Under the pieces are notes generated by a model that had not been told where the DNA came from, made no database searches, and saw only the letters and a list, made by a program, of their open reading frames with translations. This document shows, one piece after another, positions 13,527-24,929 of a stretch of DNA of 64,000 nucleotides. The DNA comes from the human T2T-CHM13v2.0 reference genome, Homo sapiens. The position numbers were made by a program, and so were the translations under genes. The stretch lies in assembly GCF_009914755.1 (NCBI RefSeq), contig NC_060942.1; one strand, given 5' to 3'. How positions within the stretch are numbered: position 1 is the first letter of the stretch; each line of letters begins with the position of its first letter.

Positions 13527-13816
13527 ATTTATTTTAGAGACAGAGTCTTGCTCTTCACTCAGGTTGGTGTACAGTGGTATAATCATAGCTTACCATAATC
13601 CTGAACTCCTGGGCCCAAGCCATCTTCCTGCCTCAGCTTACCAAGTAGCTGAGACTACAGGCACGTGCCACCAGGCCTGGCTATTTTTATGTTTTCTTTA
13701 AGAAATGGGGTCCCACTACATTGTCCAGGCAGGTCTTGAACTTCTGGCCTCAAGTAATCCTCTGCCTCAGCCTCCCAAAGTGCAGAGATTATAGATGTGA
13801 GCCTCTTTTCCTGGCC
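13527..13816 (-). mobile_element. Alu (AluJ-like)
   Basis: Diverged dimer with flanks taataagactatt / taataaggcaatt as a degenerate TSD. Confidence 0.92.
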
Positions 13817-13899
13817 TAATAAGGCAATTTATACTATACACATACAACAAAACTTATAAAATACATTTTATTTTTTTGGAAAAATAACTTTAAAGTATT

Positions 13900-15100
13900 A
13901 CTTTTAATGTCATAAGATATAAAATTCCTAAAACTAAATTTAATAAAATTAAACCTCCTAAGAAGGAATTGCAAAGCTTCTAAGGAGAAAATTATAATAT
14001 TTAGTTGAGAGACTTTAAGGATGACCTAAGTAAAATTTAAAATACACTGTGTTTTGGGCAAAAACATTAAATACTGAAATAATGTCAAATATACTTAAAT
14101 TATCCCATAGAGTTAATGAAACTCCAGGTTAAATACAAATATAGTTCTTCATGAAATTTGCTATGTTGTTTTTGAAATTTATAAAGAATCAAGAATAATC
14201 AAGGTATTTCTGAGGAAAAAGAACTGGGAAAAAGAGATCTTTTACTATTGTATGTAAAACTTTATAATGAAAGCTATAGTAATTCAGACAATGTGCAGGA
14301 TCAAATAAATTATCAAAAAAAGGGTTTGCTATCAGACTTTATAAAAGAAACTTTATACATCATATATACAGAATTTTGACATATGACAGATTTGATATGT
14401 CAGATCAATTGATAAAAGTCTATTCAATATTTGCACTTATGTACCTTTCAAAATGTGTTTGTATAGGAAAAAAATAAAATTGGGTTTCTACCTCATGTCA
14501 TGTGTAAAATTAACTCCTGCTTGATCAAGAACATAAATGACAAGTGTAAAACATGAAAAAAAAATAGTGAAAATACAGAATAACATTTTTCTATAGTTGA
14601 AGTACAAGTCCCAACTGTAGGAGAAAATATTGATATATTTCATAATTTAATAAAAATAACTATGATTAAACCAAAGATCTCTTAAATGAAAAAAAATGAT
14701 AAACCTGCCAAAAATGCTTGGGACTCTTATGACCAACAAAGGAATAGTATGAACATTATAACATGAATATATACAGAAAAAAAGAAATGGAAAAATGCCA
14801 AAATAGAGTAATGAGCAAAAGGCGTGAATAAACATACATGAGAAAAATGTTAATCTAATAAAAAATATAAAGAGACATTATACATAATTATTGATCAGGG
14901 ATTGACAAAAGTTTTCAAATGTCACATCAAGAGTTAATGAAAATGTGATTAAACTGGATCCCTTCTAATTATTGAGTTAAATTGGTAAACAATTTTGGGA
15001 GACATTTTGGTATTACCTTGAGAAATTTAGTATCATAACAAGTATAATCTGGTGATGCTACTGCTAGCCATGTCTCAAGAGAAAATTTTTCACAGATGAA
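13900..15100 (+). mobile_element. Ancient L1M (L1ME-like) ORF2/3' fragment
   Basis: A-rich, with degenerate L1 motifs (aaagctatagtaattcagacaatgtg; taaaattaactcc...ttgatcaaga; gtaaacaattttgggagacattttgg). Confidence 0.6.
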
Positions 15101-15164
15101 TCACATCTATATCTATCTATCGTCTGTTATACACACACACACATACATAGTGTGTGTGTGCACG

Positions 15165-15345
15165 TGTGTATCAACAATAGGGATATAATCTGAAAAGATC
15201 ATCATTAGGTAATTTTATCTTTGTGTGAAGGTCATAGATTTAGATGGTATAGCCTACTCCATTATATAGCTCCATTATAATCTTATGGGACCACTACCTT
15301 ATATGCATCCATTATTAACCAGAAAGTCGTGCGGTGCATTGCTAT
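15165..15345. mobile_element. Tigger3a-like (TcMar-Tigger), internally deleted
   Basis: tagatggtatagcctact...gctccattataatcttatgggaccac...aaagtcgtgcggtgcat. Confidence 0.8.
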
Positions 15346-15354
15346 ATATCTACC

Positions 15355-15697
15355 CAGTTGGCCCTCCATATCCACGGATTCCACATTATTGGAATCAACC
15401 AATCAACCACTAATCAAAAATATTTTTTAAAAATGCATCTGTACTGAACATGTACAGATTTTTGTCATTATTCCCTAAACAACACAATATAACAACTAGT
15501 TATATACCATTTATATATATTATATACTGTATTAGGTATTATAAGTAATCTAGAGATAATTTAAAATATAGAGGAGGATATGCATAGATTAGTGGCAAAT
15601 ACTACCCCATTTTATATTAGTGACTTGAGCATATGTGGATTTTGAAATCTGCAGAAGGTCTTGGAACCAATCTCCTGTGGATATCAAGGGACCCAGT
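15355..15697. mobile_element. MER2 (TcMar-Tigger)
   Basis: TIR-like ends cagttggccctccatatccacgg...tgtggatatcaagggacccag; internal gtactgaacatgtacaga and gtaatctagagataatttaaa. Confidence 0.85.
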
Positions 15698-16389
15698 ATA
15701 TATGAATGTTCAGAGCATCACAGGGCTGGAGACAATATAAATACTCATGGAAAGGAGGGTAGGTATATATGTCATGGCATAGTAATGCAGTGCTATAATA
15801 GAGAGGACAAAGAGACCACAGATGAAACATTACTGTAGATGAGTCTTAGCTGTTGGATTTAAAAAGCAAGAATATTACATATAGCATGAAATACCTTTTT
15901 TAATTAAAACAATTAAAATGATACATTTTCAATAATATATATAAATATATTTCACATATATATATATATACACTTAGCATATGTATATGTGAATATGTAT
16001 ACATACACGTGTATTTTGTTCAAAGCCATGGGAATAAAAAACACAAGTTATAGTTCAGTGACTTATAGCTAGGGGAGGCAAGAGTGGAAATGGGAGAAGA
16101 GTGGCTACATAGAAAGGATTTTGTCAAATATTTCAGAGATCATTTTGAGGTTTATTACTGAATATGTACATTAACTCTATTAAAATAAATGAATATTTTC
16201 ATTTATTCATGCACATATACAAAAGAAACTCACACATACACTACTGGTAAGTTACTGTCATACAAACATATACCTTGTTTTTAAAGAGTTACTTTATTTC
16301 AACTACTTTTTTTTTTCATTAAGAGCTTTTCTTATTAAGATGGAGATAGAAAGCTGTGTCTTATATAGAATGGATCCTCATGTTTTTCA

Positions 16390-16640
16390 ATTTAAATTTT
16401 ATTTTTAAATTGACAAGTAAAATTTGTACATATTTATGATATACAACATGATGTTTTTCTAAATGTGTACATTGTAGACTAGCTAATCAAGCTACTTAAT
16501 ATATGTACTATTTCAAATACTTATAGTTTTGTGGTGAGAATACTTACAATCTATTCTCTTAGCAATTTTTAAGAATATGATAAGATGTTATTTACTATAG
16601 CCACCATGATGTACTATAGAACACTTGAACCTAACTAAAG
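16390..16640 (-). mobile_element. L1MA-like 3' end fragment
   Basis: tttttaaattgacaagtaaaatttgtacatatttatg...tttgtggtgagaatacttacaatctattctcttagcaatttt...tatagccaccatg. Confidence 0.8.
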
Positions 16641-16661
16641 CATTTTCTACTTCGCTTTCAG
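16631..16661 (+). promoter_or_regulatory. 3' splice site (branch point, pyrimidine tract, AG)
   Basis: CTAAC...cattttctacttcgctttcAG immediately before the exon. Confidence 0.85.
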
Positions 16662-16769
16662 CTTGATGATTCCCTGAATCAGATCCGTAAGCTCCAGAGG
16701 TCTCTGGATGAAGAGAAAGAAAGAAATGAAAACTTAGAGACTGAACTCAGGCACTTGCAAAACTGGTAA
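16662..16769 (+). CDS. CCDC102B: Terminal coding exon of coiled-coil domain-containing protein 102B (35 aa + TAA)
   Basis: Preceded by branch-point-like CTAAC (16631-16635), a pyrimidine tract and TTTCAG (AG at 16660-16661). Phase-0 frame reads LDDSLNQIRKLQRSLDEEKERNENLETELRHLQNW-stop, a heptad-like peptide I recall as the CCDC102B C-terminus, similar to CCDC102A LDEAHNQARKLQRSLDEQ. Absent from the ORF track because it is short and has no start codon. Confidence 0.92.
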   Translation, partial: LDDSLNQIRKLQRSLDEEKERNENLETELRHLQNW

Positions 16770-17820
16770 TTTTTTCACAAAATATGCTGAATTAAAGATT
16801 AGGGCCTTAAAGACATTTCCATATCCTTTTCTTAAATATCAGTAAAATTGTTTTTATTAACTAGAAATATTAATGAAAAAAACGTAGACAATACACAAAT
16901 TAATGGGCTTCTTCACTTCTTCTAATTTTTGCCTAACAGATACTGCATATTCTCAAAAAGACAATTTAAATGTCATTTAAAAACAACTTTAATTCTAAGA
17001 TGTGTAAATATTTTGAAAGTCAAAAAGGGCTTTCAGAATACTTTTTACATAAAATCTGAAAGAGTTATAATATCGGTAAGAAAAAGTAAGTTGAAAACCA
17101 TACAAGACGCTGGGTCATTAATAAGAAAACCATTGACTTTAAGTATAAAGTACTGGTTTGTTTAAATAATTGGTAAACTTTTATGTACGTGTTGTCTATG
17201 TGGTGGGGATGGCAGGTTGTATTAACAAAAATGAATCATTCTAGAGGTGTAACAATACATTTCTTATATAATTTTATAAGTCATTTCTAATCTTTGTATA
17301 AAACAGAAGTGAGCAGATGAATCAGAAAAAAGTGTTTTGTATTTTAAAGTAACAGATAACCAGTGATTGAATCTAAGACAGGCTGTAAGCATCGCTGAGA
17401 AACTAAAAGGACTTTTGACTTTTATCTGGATAGACATTTCTACAGTAAAATCATGGAAAGGCATCAGCATTGCAAAGTAGCATCTAGGTAGAAATCAGGC
17501 CAAAATTAAGCTGTGGTTTCCCTCTGAGTAGTGGGAATAGAGAAAATTAGGAAATTGTGGTTATGTGAATATTTCTTTAAAACTTTTATGTACATTATAG
17601 TTTATTGCTTCATATTTAAGTTTAGTTTTTAAGGTAAAATGTTATTTTGAACAAAAAGACACTTATAATTTTCCATACCTATTTTCAACTGAAGGCAACT
17701 TGTAAGATTTAACTCAGTCAATAACATACTGGTTTTACTCATCTCCCCCTCCATTGATTAGCCAAAAAAAAATGAAATCTTACTAATTCATTATTGAATA
17801 AAGACCACTTTTATCAGAGT
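16770..17820 (+). other. CCDC102B: 3' UTR of CCDC102B
   Basis: AU-rich stretch with no recognisable repeat, from the stop codon to just past AATAAA (17797-17802). Contains TGTAAATA (17003-17010). The cleavage site is inferred. Confidence 0.7.
17797..17802 (+). terminator. Polyadenylation signal AATAAA
   Basis: Canonical hexamer ~1 kb after the stop codon, followed by T/GT-rich sequence (~17830-17880). Confidence 0.7.
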
Positions 17821-18919
17821 CTCTCATTGTAAAAGCCTTTGTCATTCACTGAGTCTTCACTTTTTCCCTGTTTCTCTCCCAAACATGGGGGATTGTATGA
17901 CTAATAGGAACGCAGCACTGAGGGGCAAAGAGGCCCGATCTTCAAGTGCGCACTGGTGTGTGTTTGCTAGGCTGTGTAGTAATGAAATCTATCTTGTCGC
18001 TGGGTACTCTTGCTGGGTTCTGATGCTTAAATGTGAACTTCCTTCTCTTTGCTTAACACTCCTCCTGTGAACTGGATCCATCTCAGTGCTTTCTGGTATG
18101 ACCTCCTCTATCCCATCATATCCCCTGTCAACCAACTGACTGAGCAATTCATCCAGATGGAGCCTTGAGGATGGGCCGCAGGTCAAGGTCTCATCTCAGT
18201 CACAATCCCATATGAGAACCAAATACAGTTTGGAGAAGCTAAATATTAGGGTTCCCCTTGCCTGACCATGTTTCTCTGCTTTTCTGTGGCTGTGCCCCAA
18301 GTGGGTGTGGGGCAACTGGCAAGGCGTCTTCCTCTCAAGATCCTAAACGCAAGTGGAAAACAAATCTCCCTGCCACCATCCCTCAACATTAGACTTCTAT
18401 AGTTTCTTGCACACAACACAATCTCTAGATAAAAACACATAAAGGGGAAAATGGGGCTCTTTTCTGAAAGGGTTGCTCATCCGACAATCTCAGAACCCAC
18501 GAGGGATGGGTTTTTATACTCTCACATTATATCATGTTCTCTTTTCTATTCTAGAGTTCCACTATTGTGATAGACCAATGAGACAGCTCCTCAGTGATCT
18601 TAGTACAGACATATTGATAACTACCCCTTCCAGGATTGCTATGAACAAAGCATTTTCTAGATGTATCAGGCATATTAACTCGTTTAATCTTCATAACACG
18701 TATGTAATGGAGATTATTATTATCCTCATAATGATGACGAAGTTGAGATGTGATAGATTAAGTGGACAGGATTATGAAAGAACATACTGGAAGAAGACTA
18801 ATCTTGATTCAAAGTTGAAGTTGCATAGTAAACATTTGGTTTGTACAGATAATGGCTTAAGAAAGATATTTGCTTCAGTGATTTTCCTTCAAAATATTGG
18901 GAACTAAATATTGTTTCAG

Positions 18920-19100
18920 GTGTATCTTGGTGTGCAACAATCAATGCCAAAACTTAATGAAAACAACAATGATTTTCTATAATTCAAGATTCTGTGAGTT
19001 GGCTGTGGTCAAAATGGTGGTTCTTTTGCTGTATGTGATATTGGCTGGAGTCACTCGAGGTTGCATTTTATGCTAGTTAAATGGCTGCTGGTTCCCAAGA
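18920..19100 (-). mobile_element. MLT1-type LTR fragment
   Basis: ccaaaacttaatg...aacaacaatgatt...gattctgtgagttggctg...tggttcttttgctg. Confidence 0.55.
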
Positions 19101-19253
19101 GGGTAGACATGAATTTGAGCTTTACCCTGTAGGTTTCTGCTTGTCTCCTACTCATCCTTTTTGCAGAATAAATGACCTTTTTGCCTTCTGAATTACTCTC
19201 TTCTCAGACATCCTGCCTACCATGGTGTGCTGGGGAAATAGAGGCCTGTTAAT

Positions 19254-19283
19254 TTAGATAGATAGATAATAGATAGATAGATG

Positions 19284-19332
<49 letters not shown>

Positions 19333-19380
19333 GATAGAGATTGATAGATACATTAGATAGAGATAGAGACAGACAGACGA
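19254..19380. repeat. (GATA)n compound tetranucleotide STR
   Basis: Long AGAT array with imperfect flanks. Confidence 0.95.
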
Positions 19381-19389
19381 TCAATAGAG

Positions 19390-19710
19390 ATTTTTTAAAA
19401 ATTGTAATTGTGCTGAAAAACACATAAGTTTACCACCTTACGCTTTCTAAGTGTACAGGTCAGTAGTGTTAAGTATAGCCAGTGTTACGCTACCATTACC
19501 CAGAAATGTTTCATCTCAGAAAGCTGAAAATTCTATGCCCATTAAACAACTCCCCATCTTTCCTCTTCTCAGCCCCTTTCTAGGAATATGTCTCCTTTAG
19601 ATACCTCATATAAATGGAATCATATAGTATTTTATTTTTGTTACTGGCTTATTTCACCTGGCATAATGTCCTCAAGGTTTATTCATGTTGCATGTGTCAG
19701 AATTTCCTTT
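19390..19710 (-). mobile_element. L1MB-like 3' end fragment
   Basis: ctaagtgtacaggtcagtagtgttaag...cccattaaacaactcccc...gatacctcatataaatggaatcatatag. Confidence 0.8.
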
Positions 19711-19711
19711 A

Positions 19712-20380
19712 TTTGTCCAGCCTCCAGTAATAATTTCCCTGTGACTTTTACAGCTTTTACTTTCATGAATCCCCTCACTGCCTTTTCACTGTCCACTTGT
19801 CCATGGTTTGTAAACCAATACTACATATTCTATGTTTTTGTTATGGCAGCACTGCATTTCCTGGTACCAATTTCTGTTTCAGATATCTACTGCTACAAAA
19901 CAAATTACCTTGAAACTTAGTAGCTTAAAACATATTTGTGTTGCTTACTACTGTTCTGTTGGTTTTCTGAGTTTAGCTAGGTAGTGCTTCCACTCAACCC
20001 ATGGGGTGATTCTTGCAGCTGCATTTTACTAGGAGATCTCCTGGGTCCTGGATGTCCAAGATGACTTCAATCTCTTATCTGATACCTCATCTGGGGTGAG
20101 TAATACAGCTGCTGGCTGGGCCTCTCCCTTGTTCCAAGTAACCTCTCAATACTCAGGAGTCAGCCTTGAGCTTTTTCATGTGGATATTGGCTTTCAGGAG
20201 GATTGCTGGGGAGTCAGACAGCTACTTCCCTCAGATTCAAATGGTTAGAGCAGGTTATAGGGACGTTCCAGATTCAAGACAAGAGGACATTAATGCTATG
20301 GCTTTATGGAAGTAGCCACGTGCATGTATAGGAACAGCTAGGAGTTGTTGGCATCCATTATTGCAAACCAGTTATCACAA
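19712..20380 (-). mobile_element. MLT1 LTR (~19875-20380) with adjoining MLT1-internal fragment
   Basis: ttatggcagcactgcatttcctggtaccaatttc|tgtttcag is the typical MaLR internal/LTR junction, followed by aaacttagtagcttaaaac...gtccaagatgacttca. Confidence 0.65.
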
Positions 20381-20491
20381 ATGGCACAGTGCAGCAAGTC
20401 CTGGTTCAAAGAAGACCTCAGTCCTCATACCCATTGCCACCCATGCCCATCTTGCAGATAAACAATTCAAATTTAATGGAAAGTTATTTTT

Positions 20492-23250
20492 CCCCAGCTT
20501 TTCTTTTAGATTCAGTGGGTACATGTACACGTTTATTACATGGGTAAGGTGTGTATTGCTGAAGTTTGCTATATGAATGATCTCATCACCCAATTCATGA
20601 GCATAGCAGCTAAAGGTCGTTTTCCAACCCTCACCTAACTCCCACCCTCCCTGCTCTAATAGTCCCCAGTGGCTATTATTTTCATCTTTATATTCACATG
20701 TATTCAGTATTTAGTTCCCACTCATAAGTGAGAACAGGTGGTATTTGGTTTTCTGTTCCTGCATTAACTTGCTTAGGATAGTGGCCTCCAGCTGCATCCA
20801 TATTGCTGCAAAGGACATGCTTTTGTTCTGTTCTTATGGCTGTGTAGTATTCCATGGTGTGTATGTACCACATTTTCTTTATCCAATTTACCATTGATGG
20901 GCACCTGAGTTGATTCCACGCTTTTGCTGTTGCAAATAGTACTTCAATTAACATACGGGTGCACGTGTCTTTTTTGGTGTGATAATGTATTTTCCTTTGG
21001 GTATATAACCCAAAAATGAGATTGCTGGATTGAATAGCAGCTCTGTTTTAAGTTTTTTGAGAAGAATCCAAACTGCTTTCTCCAGCAGCTGAACTAATTT
21101 ACATTCCCACCAGCTGGGTATAAGTGTTCCCTCTGCTCTACAGCCTTGCCAACAACACCTTTATTCTTTTCTTTTTTTTTTTTTTTTTTAGTCTTTTTAA
21201 TAGCCATTCTAACTTGTGTGAGATAGTATCTCATTGAGGTTGTGATTTGCATTTATCTAATGATTACTGATGTTGATCATTTTTTATACATATTTGTTGG
21301 CTATGTGTATATCTTCTTTTGAGAAGAGTCTACTCAGGTAATTTGCTCATTTAATTGAGCAAATTTTAATTTGCTCAATTTTAATGTTATTTGGTTTGTG
21401 CTGGTTTTATATAATTGTTTCTTATAGATTCTGGTTATAAGACCTTTGTTGGTTGCATAGATTGTGACTATTTTCTCCCATTTTGTAGGTTATCTGTTTA
21501 CTATCTTGATAGTTTCTTTTACTTTACAGAATTTTCTTAGTTTAATTAGGTCCTTATTGTCAGTTTCAGTTTTGTTGCACTTGCTTTTGTGGACTTAGTA
21601 ATATACATATATATTTTTTTTTACAAGATCAATGTCCAGAATTGCATTTCGTAGGTTTTCTTCTAGGGTTCCTATATTTGAGGTCTTCCATTTAAGTCTA
21701 TAATTCAACTTGGGTTAATTTTTTTATATGGTAAAATGTAGGGATCCAGCTTTATTCTTTTGCATATGGCTAGCCAGTTATCCCAGCATCATTTGTTGAA
21801 TGTGGATTACTTCCCCCATTGCTTGTTATTGTTGACTTTGTCAAAGATGAGATGATTGTATATTTATGGCTATATTTTTGGGTTCTCTAATCTGTTGAAT
21901 TGACCCATGAGTCTGTTTTTGTGTTAGTACCATACTGTTTTGGTTACTCTAGCTTTATAGTATAGCTTAAAGTCCATTAATGTGATGCCTCCAGCTTTGT
22001 TCTATTTACTTACGATTGCTTTGGCTATTTGGGCTCTTTTTTGTTTCCATATGAATTTTAGAGGTTTTTTCTTCTATTTATGCAAATAATGATATTGGTA
22101 CTTTGACAGTCATAGTTTTGAATCCATAAATCGCGTTGGGCAATATGGACATTTTAACAATATTTATGTGCCAATCCATGAGCATGGAACGTTTTTTCAT
22201 TTGTGTAATCTGTGATTTCTTTCTTTGGTGTTTTGTAGTCCTCCTTGTAGAGATCTTTCACCTAATTGTTCAAATGGATTCTTAACTATTTCCTTTTTTT
22301 GTTCCTATTTTAAATGGATTGGGTTCTTGATTTGGCTCTGAGGTAGAATATTATTGGTATATAGAAATGTTACTGATTTTTGTACATTGATTTTGTATCT
22401 TGAAATTTTACTGAAGTTATTTATCAGCTCTAGGAACCTTTAGCAGTCTTTAGGACTTTCCAGGTATAGTGACATATCACCAGTAAAGAGAGAGAATTCG
22501 ACTTCTTTTCCTATTTGAATGCTTTTTATTTCTTTCTCTTTTCCGATGACTCTGGCTAGAATTTGCAGTGCTATGTTGCAAAATCTCACTATGGTGAGAG
22601 TGGCCATCTTTGTCTCATTTCAGTTTTTAAGTGGAATGCTTCCAGATCTTGCTTGTTCCGTATGATGTTAGTTGTGGGTTTTTCATAGATAGGTCTTAGT
22701 ATTTTGAAGTATGTTCCTTTAATGCCGAGTGTGTTGCAGGTTTTTGTCATGAATCAATGTTGGATTTTATCAAAAGCTTTTTCTGCATCGATTGAGAAGC
22801 TCATATGATTTTTTTTATTTTGATTCTATTTACATGGTGAATTACATTTATTGATTTAAGTATGTTGAACCAGCCCTGCAACCAAGAATTAAAGCCTACT
22901 TTATGTGGCTAATTAATTTTTTGATGTGCTGCTGGATTTGTTTTGCTAGTACTTTGTTGAGGATTTTGTGTCTATGTTCATCAGGGATATTGCCCTGTAG
23001 TTTTCTTTCTTTACTGTCTGTTTGTCAGATTTTGGTATCAGAGCATTGCGGCTTTGTAGAATGAGTTAGGGAAAAGTCCTTCCTCCTCAGTGTTTTGGAA
23101 TCATTTATGTAGGATTGGTAACAGTGCTTCTTTATATGTCTGGAAGATTTTGGCTGTGAATCCATCTGGTCCAGGGCTCTTTTTTATTGATAAGTTTTTA
23201 AATACTGATTCCATTTTGGAGCTCAATATTGGCCTGTTCAGGGTTTCGAT
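20492..23250 (-). mobile_element. Old primate L1 (L1PA15-16/L1PB-like), 5'-truncated, ~2.75 kb
   Basis: Continuous antisense L1 3' UTR and ORF2. The minus-strand ORF at 20694-20954 reads ...WNQLRCPSMVNWIKKMWYIHTMEYY (ORF2 C-terminus). TSD tggaaagttattttt (20477-20491) / tggaaagctattctt (23288-23302). Confidence 0.93.
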
Positions 23251-23289
23251 TTATGGCCACAGCACCCTGAAGATTCCTGATCTCCTTTG
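23249..23289 (+). pseudogene. 5S rRNA 5' fragment (nt ~1-41) retrocopy
   Basis: ATTTATGGCCACAGCACCCTGAAGATTCCTGATCTCCTTTG versus recalled 5S GTCTACGGCCATACCACCCTGAACGCGCCCGATCTCGTCTG: 29/41 ungapped identity, with many mismatches at CpG positions. Confidence 0.75.
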
Positions 23290-24522
23290 GAAAGCTATTC
23301 TTAATATAAAATAGGGGCCATGAGATTTATGTTTCTGTGTTGTTTCTTTTTCATTTTTTAGCAACTTGTATTGATTTTTAATGTAATGAGATCATGTGAA
23401 TTGTTTAGTAAGGTTTTTGATATTCTTTTGCTTCTGCACATATTCCTCCAGCTAAATCAGAAGATAGGTTTTGCTATTTATTATCTCTGTGAACTTGAGT
23501 GTGTTATTTGTAGTGAAACTATGTAAAACTGCCTCAAAGATTGAATGAAATAATGGATGTGAAACCCTTGATAATAGAATCTGGCATTAATAAACATTCA
23601 ACAAATATCAGTTTATTTGTATTCTAATTTTCAAGAGATTATTTCCTTCAAAACAACTAAATTTAGAAAGTAAAATTTATGTGCAAAAGGAAAATATACT
23701 TTTAAATAAATCTTGGAAATACTTTACAAAAATTGTAAAATTGTAATGATGCTTGACTTCAACTACTTTAACCTTTAAACATTGAGTATATTTTCTTTTG
23801 TTGAAATATCTTGAAAAATTATTTGCATTCTGTAAAGCATCATTTATAGTAACAATAACAATACTGACTTCACACACTTGACATTTATATATTAGACTTT
23901 GAAAGTGTCACCTATACAACATTGTTATATAAAACTATAGTCATTAACTGGTAATCTCAATAGTTAAATTTTTATCTTTAAATTTCTAATTTGTCATTTA
24001 AGGAAAATCATTAGAGTTATATACATCAGAAAACTCCAGCATAAGAGGAAATCAGAGTCTAACTATTATCTTTAACTTAGATTGAATATTCATAATCACA
24101 TAAAAGAAGAAATCCTTAATATTCTTTTTAAAATAAAACTTTGTGTAAAATATTTAATCTTTATACCAACAAACTCCCAAATATATACATTTCAAAATAG
24201 AATTACAGTAAATTAAGCATAGTTTGTATGGCTCAACCTAAAGAAAAACATATATTGCAACTGGAAACATTTAATTAATTTTTATTGCAAAGTACCATAG
24301 GTTACTGTAAAAAGTGAAGCAATATATATAGAAATTGGTTTGCCTTTTGTATTCTCTTGTTTTCAGTAATGCCTATCTCATTACACAGCTCTTACAAAGG
24401 CTAATAAAATATGGATGAAAGGAGGTATTTGTTGATTTTAAATCAAAATATTGAAAATACTATATTGTCTGCATACCCAAGAGAAACAGGTACACAGACT
24501 TCAAAGATTAGTGTTGAACTAA

Positions 24523-24584
24523 TATATACATAATATAATTATATATTATATATATACATATGTGTGTGTATAGATATATACATA

Positions 24585-24631
<47 letters not shown>

Positions 24632-24640
24632 GTATATATA
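24523..24640. repeat. Compound (TA)n/(CA)n microsatellite
   Basis: Alternating purine-pyrimidine TA, TG and CA runs. Confidence 0.9.
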
Positions 24641-24929
24641 AAAAATAGTGCACATTTTCCTCCAAAATGCAATGGCCTTCAGTGTCTTGGCTTGGCCTGG
24701 CCTGGCCTGTGCCATATTCTTAGGGATAAAAAGATACCCTGTGATTGGTGTGAGAAATGAGATAATCTCCACAGAATTCTTGTCTTGGTAACTGTGCAAC
24801 TTTCCTTACTATGACTCAACTTTGGGTTCATCACACCAATTGGAGTAGAGTGCATGGAAATCAATTATTTCTGATTTTAATACATGTTTATCTTGCTAAC
24901 ATGATTTGTTTCTAAAGAACATGTATGAT

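Noticed and set aside
17880-18500. More GC-rich block downstream of the poly(A) signal as a promoter or extra exon
   Set aside because: No CpG island and no convincing splice-site pair or coding similarity; it may be an old LTR-derived fragment.
18473-18907. Longest ORF (144 aa)
   Set aside because: TTG start, overlaps MIR-like sequence (~18690-18790), and has no recognisable domain.
23249-23289. Functional 5S rRNA gene
   Set aside because: Only about 41 of ~120 nt are present, heavily mutated, and the internal control region is missing.
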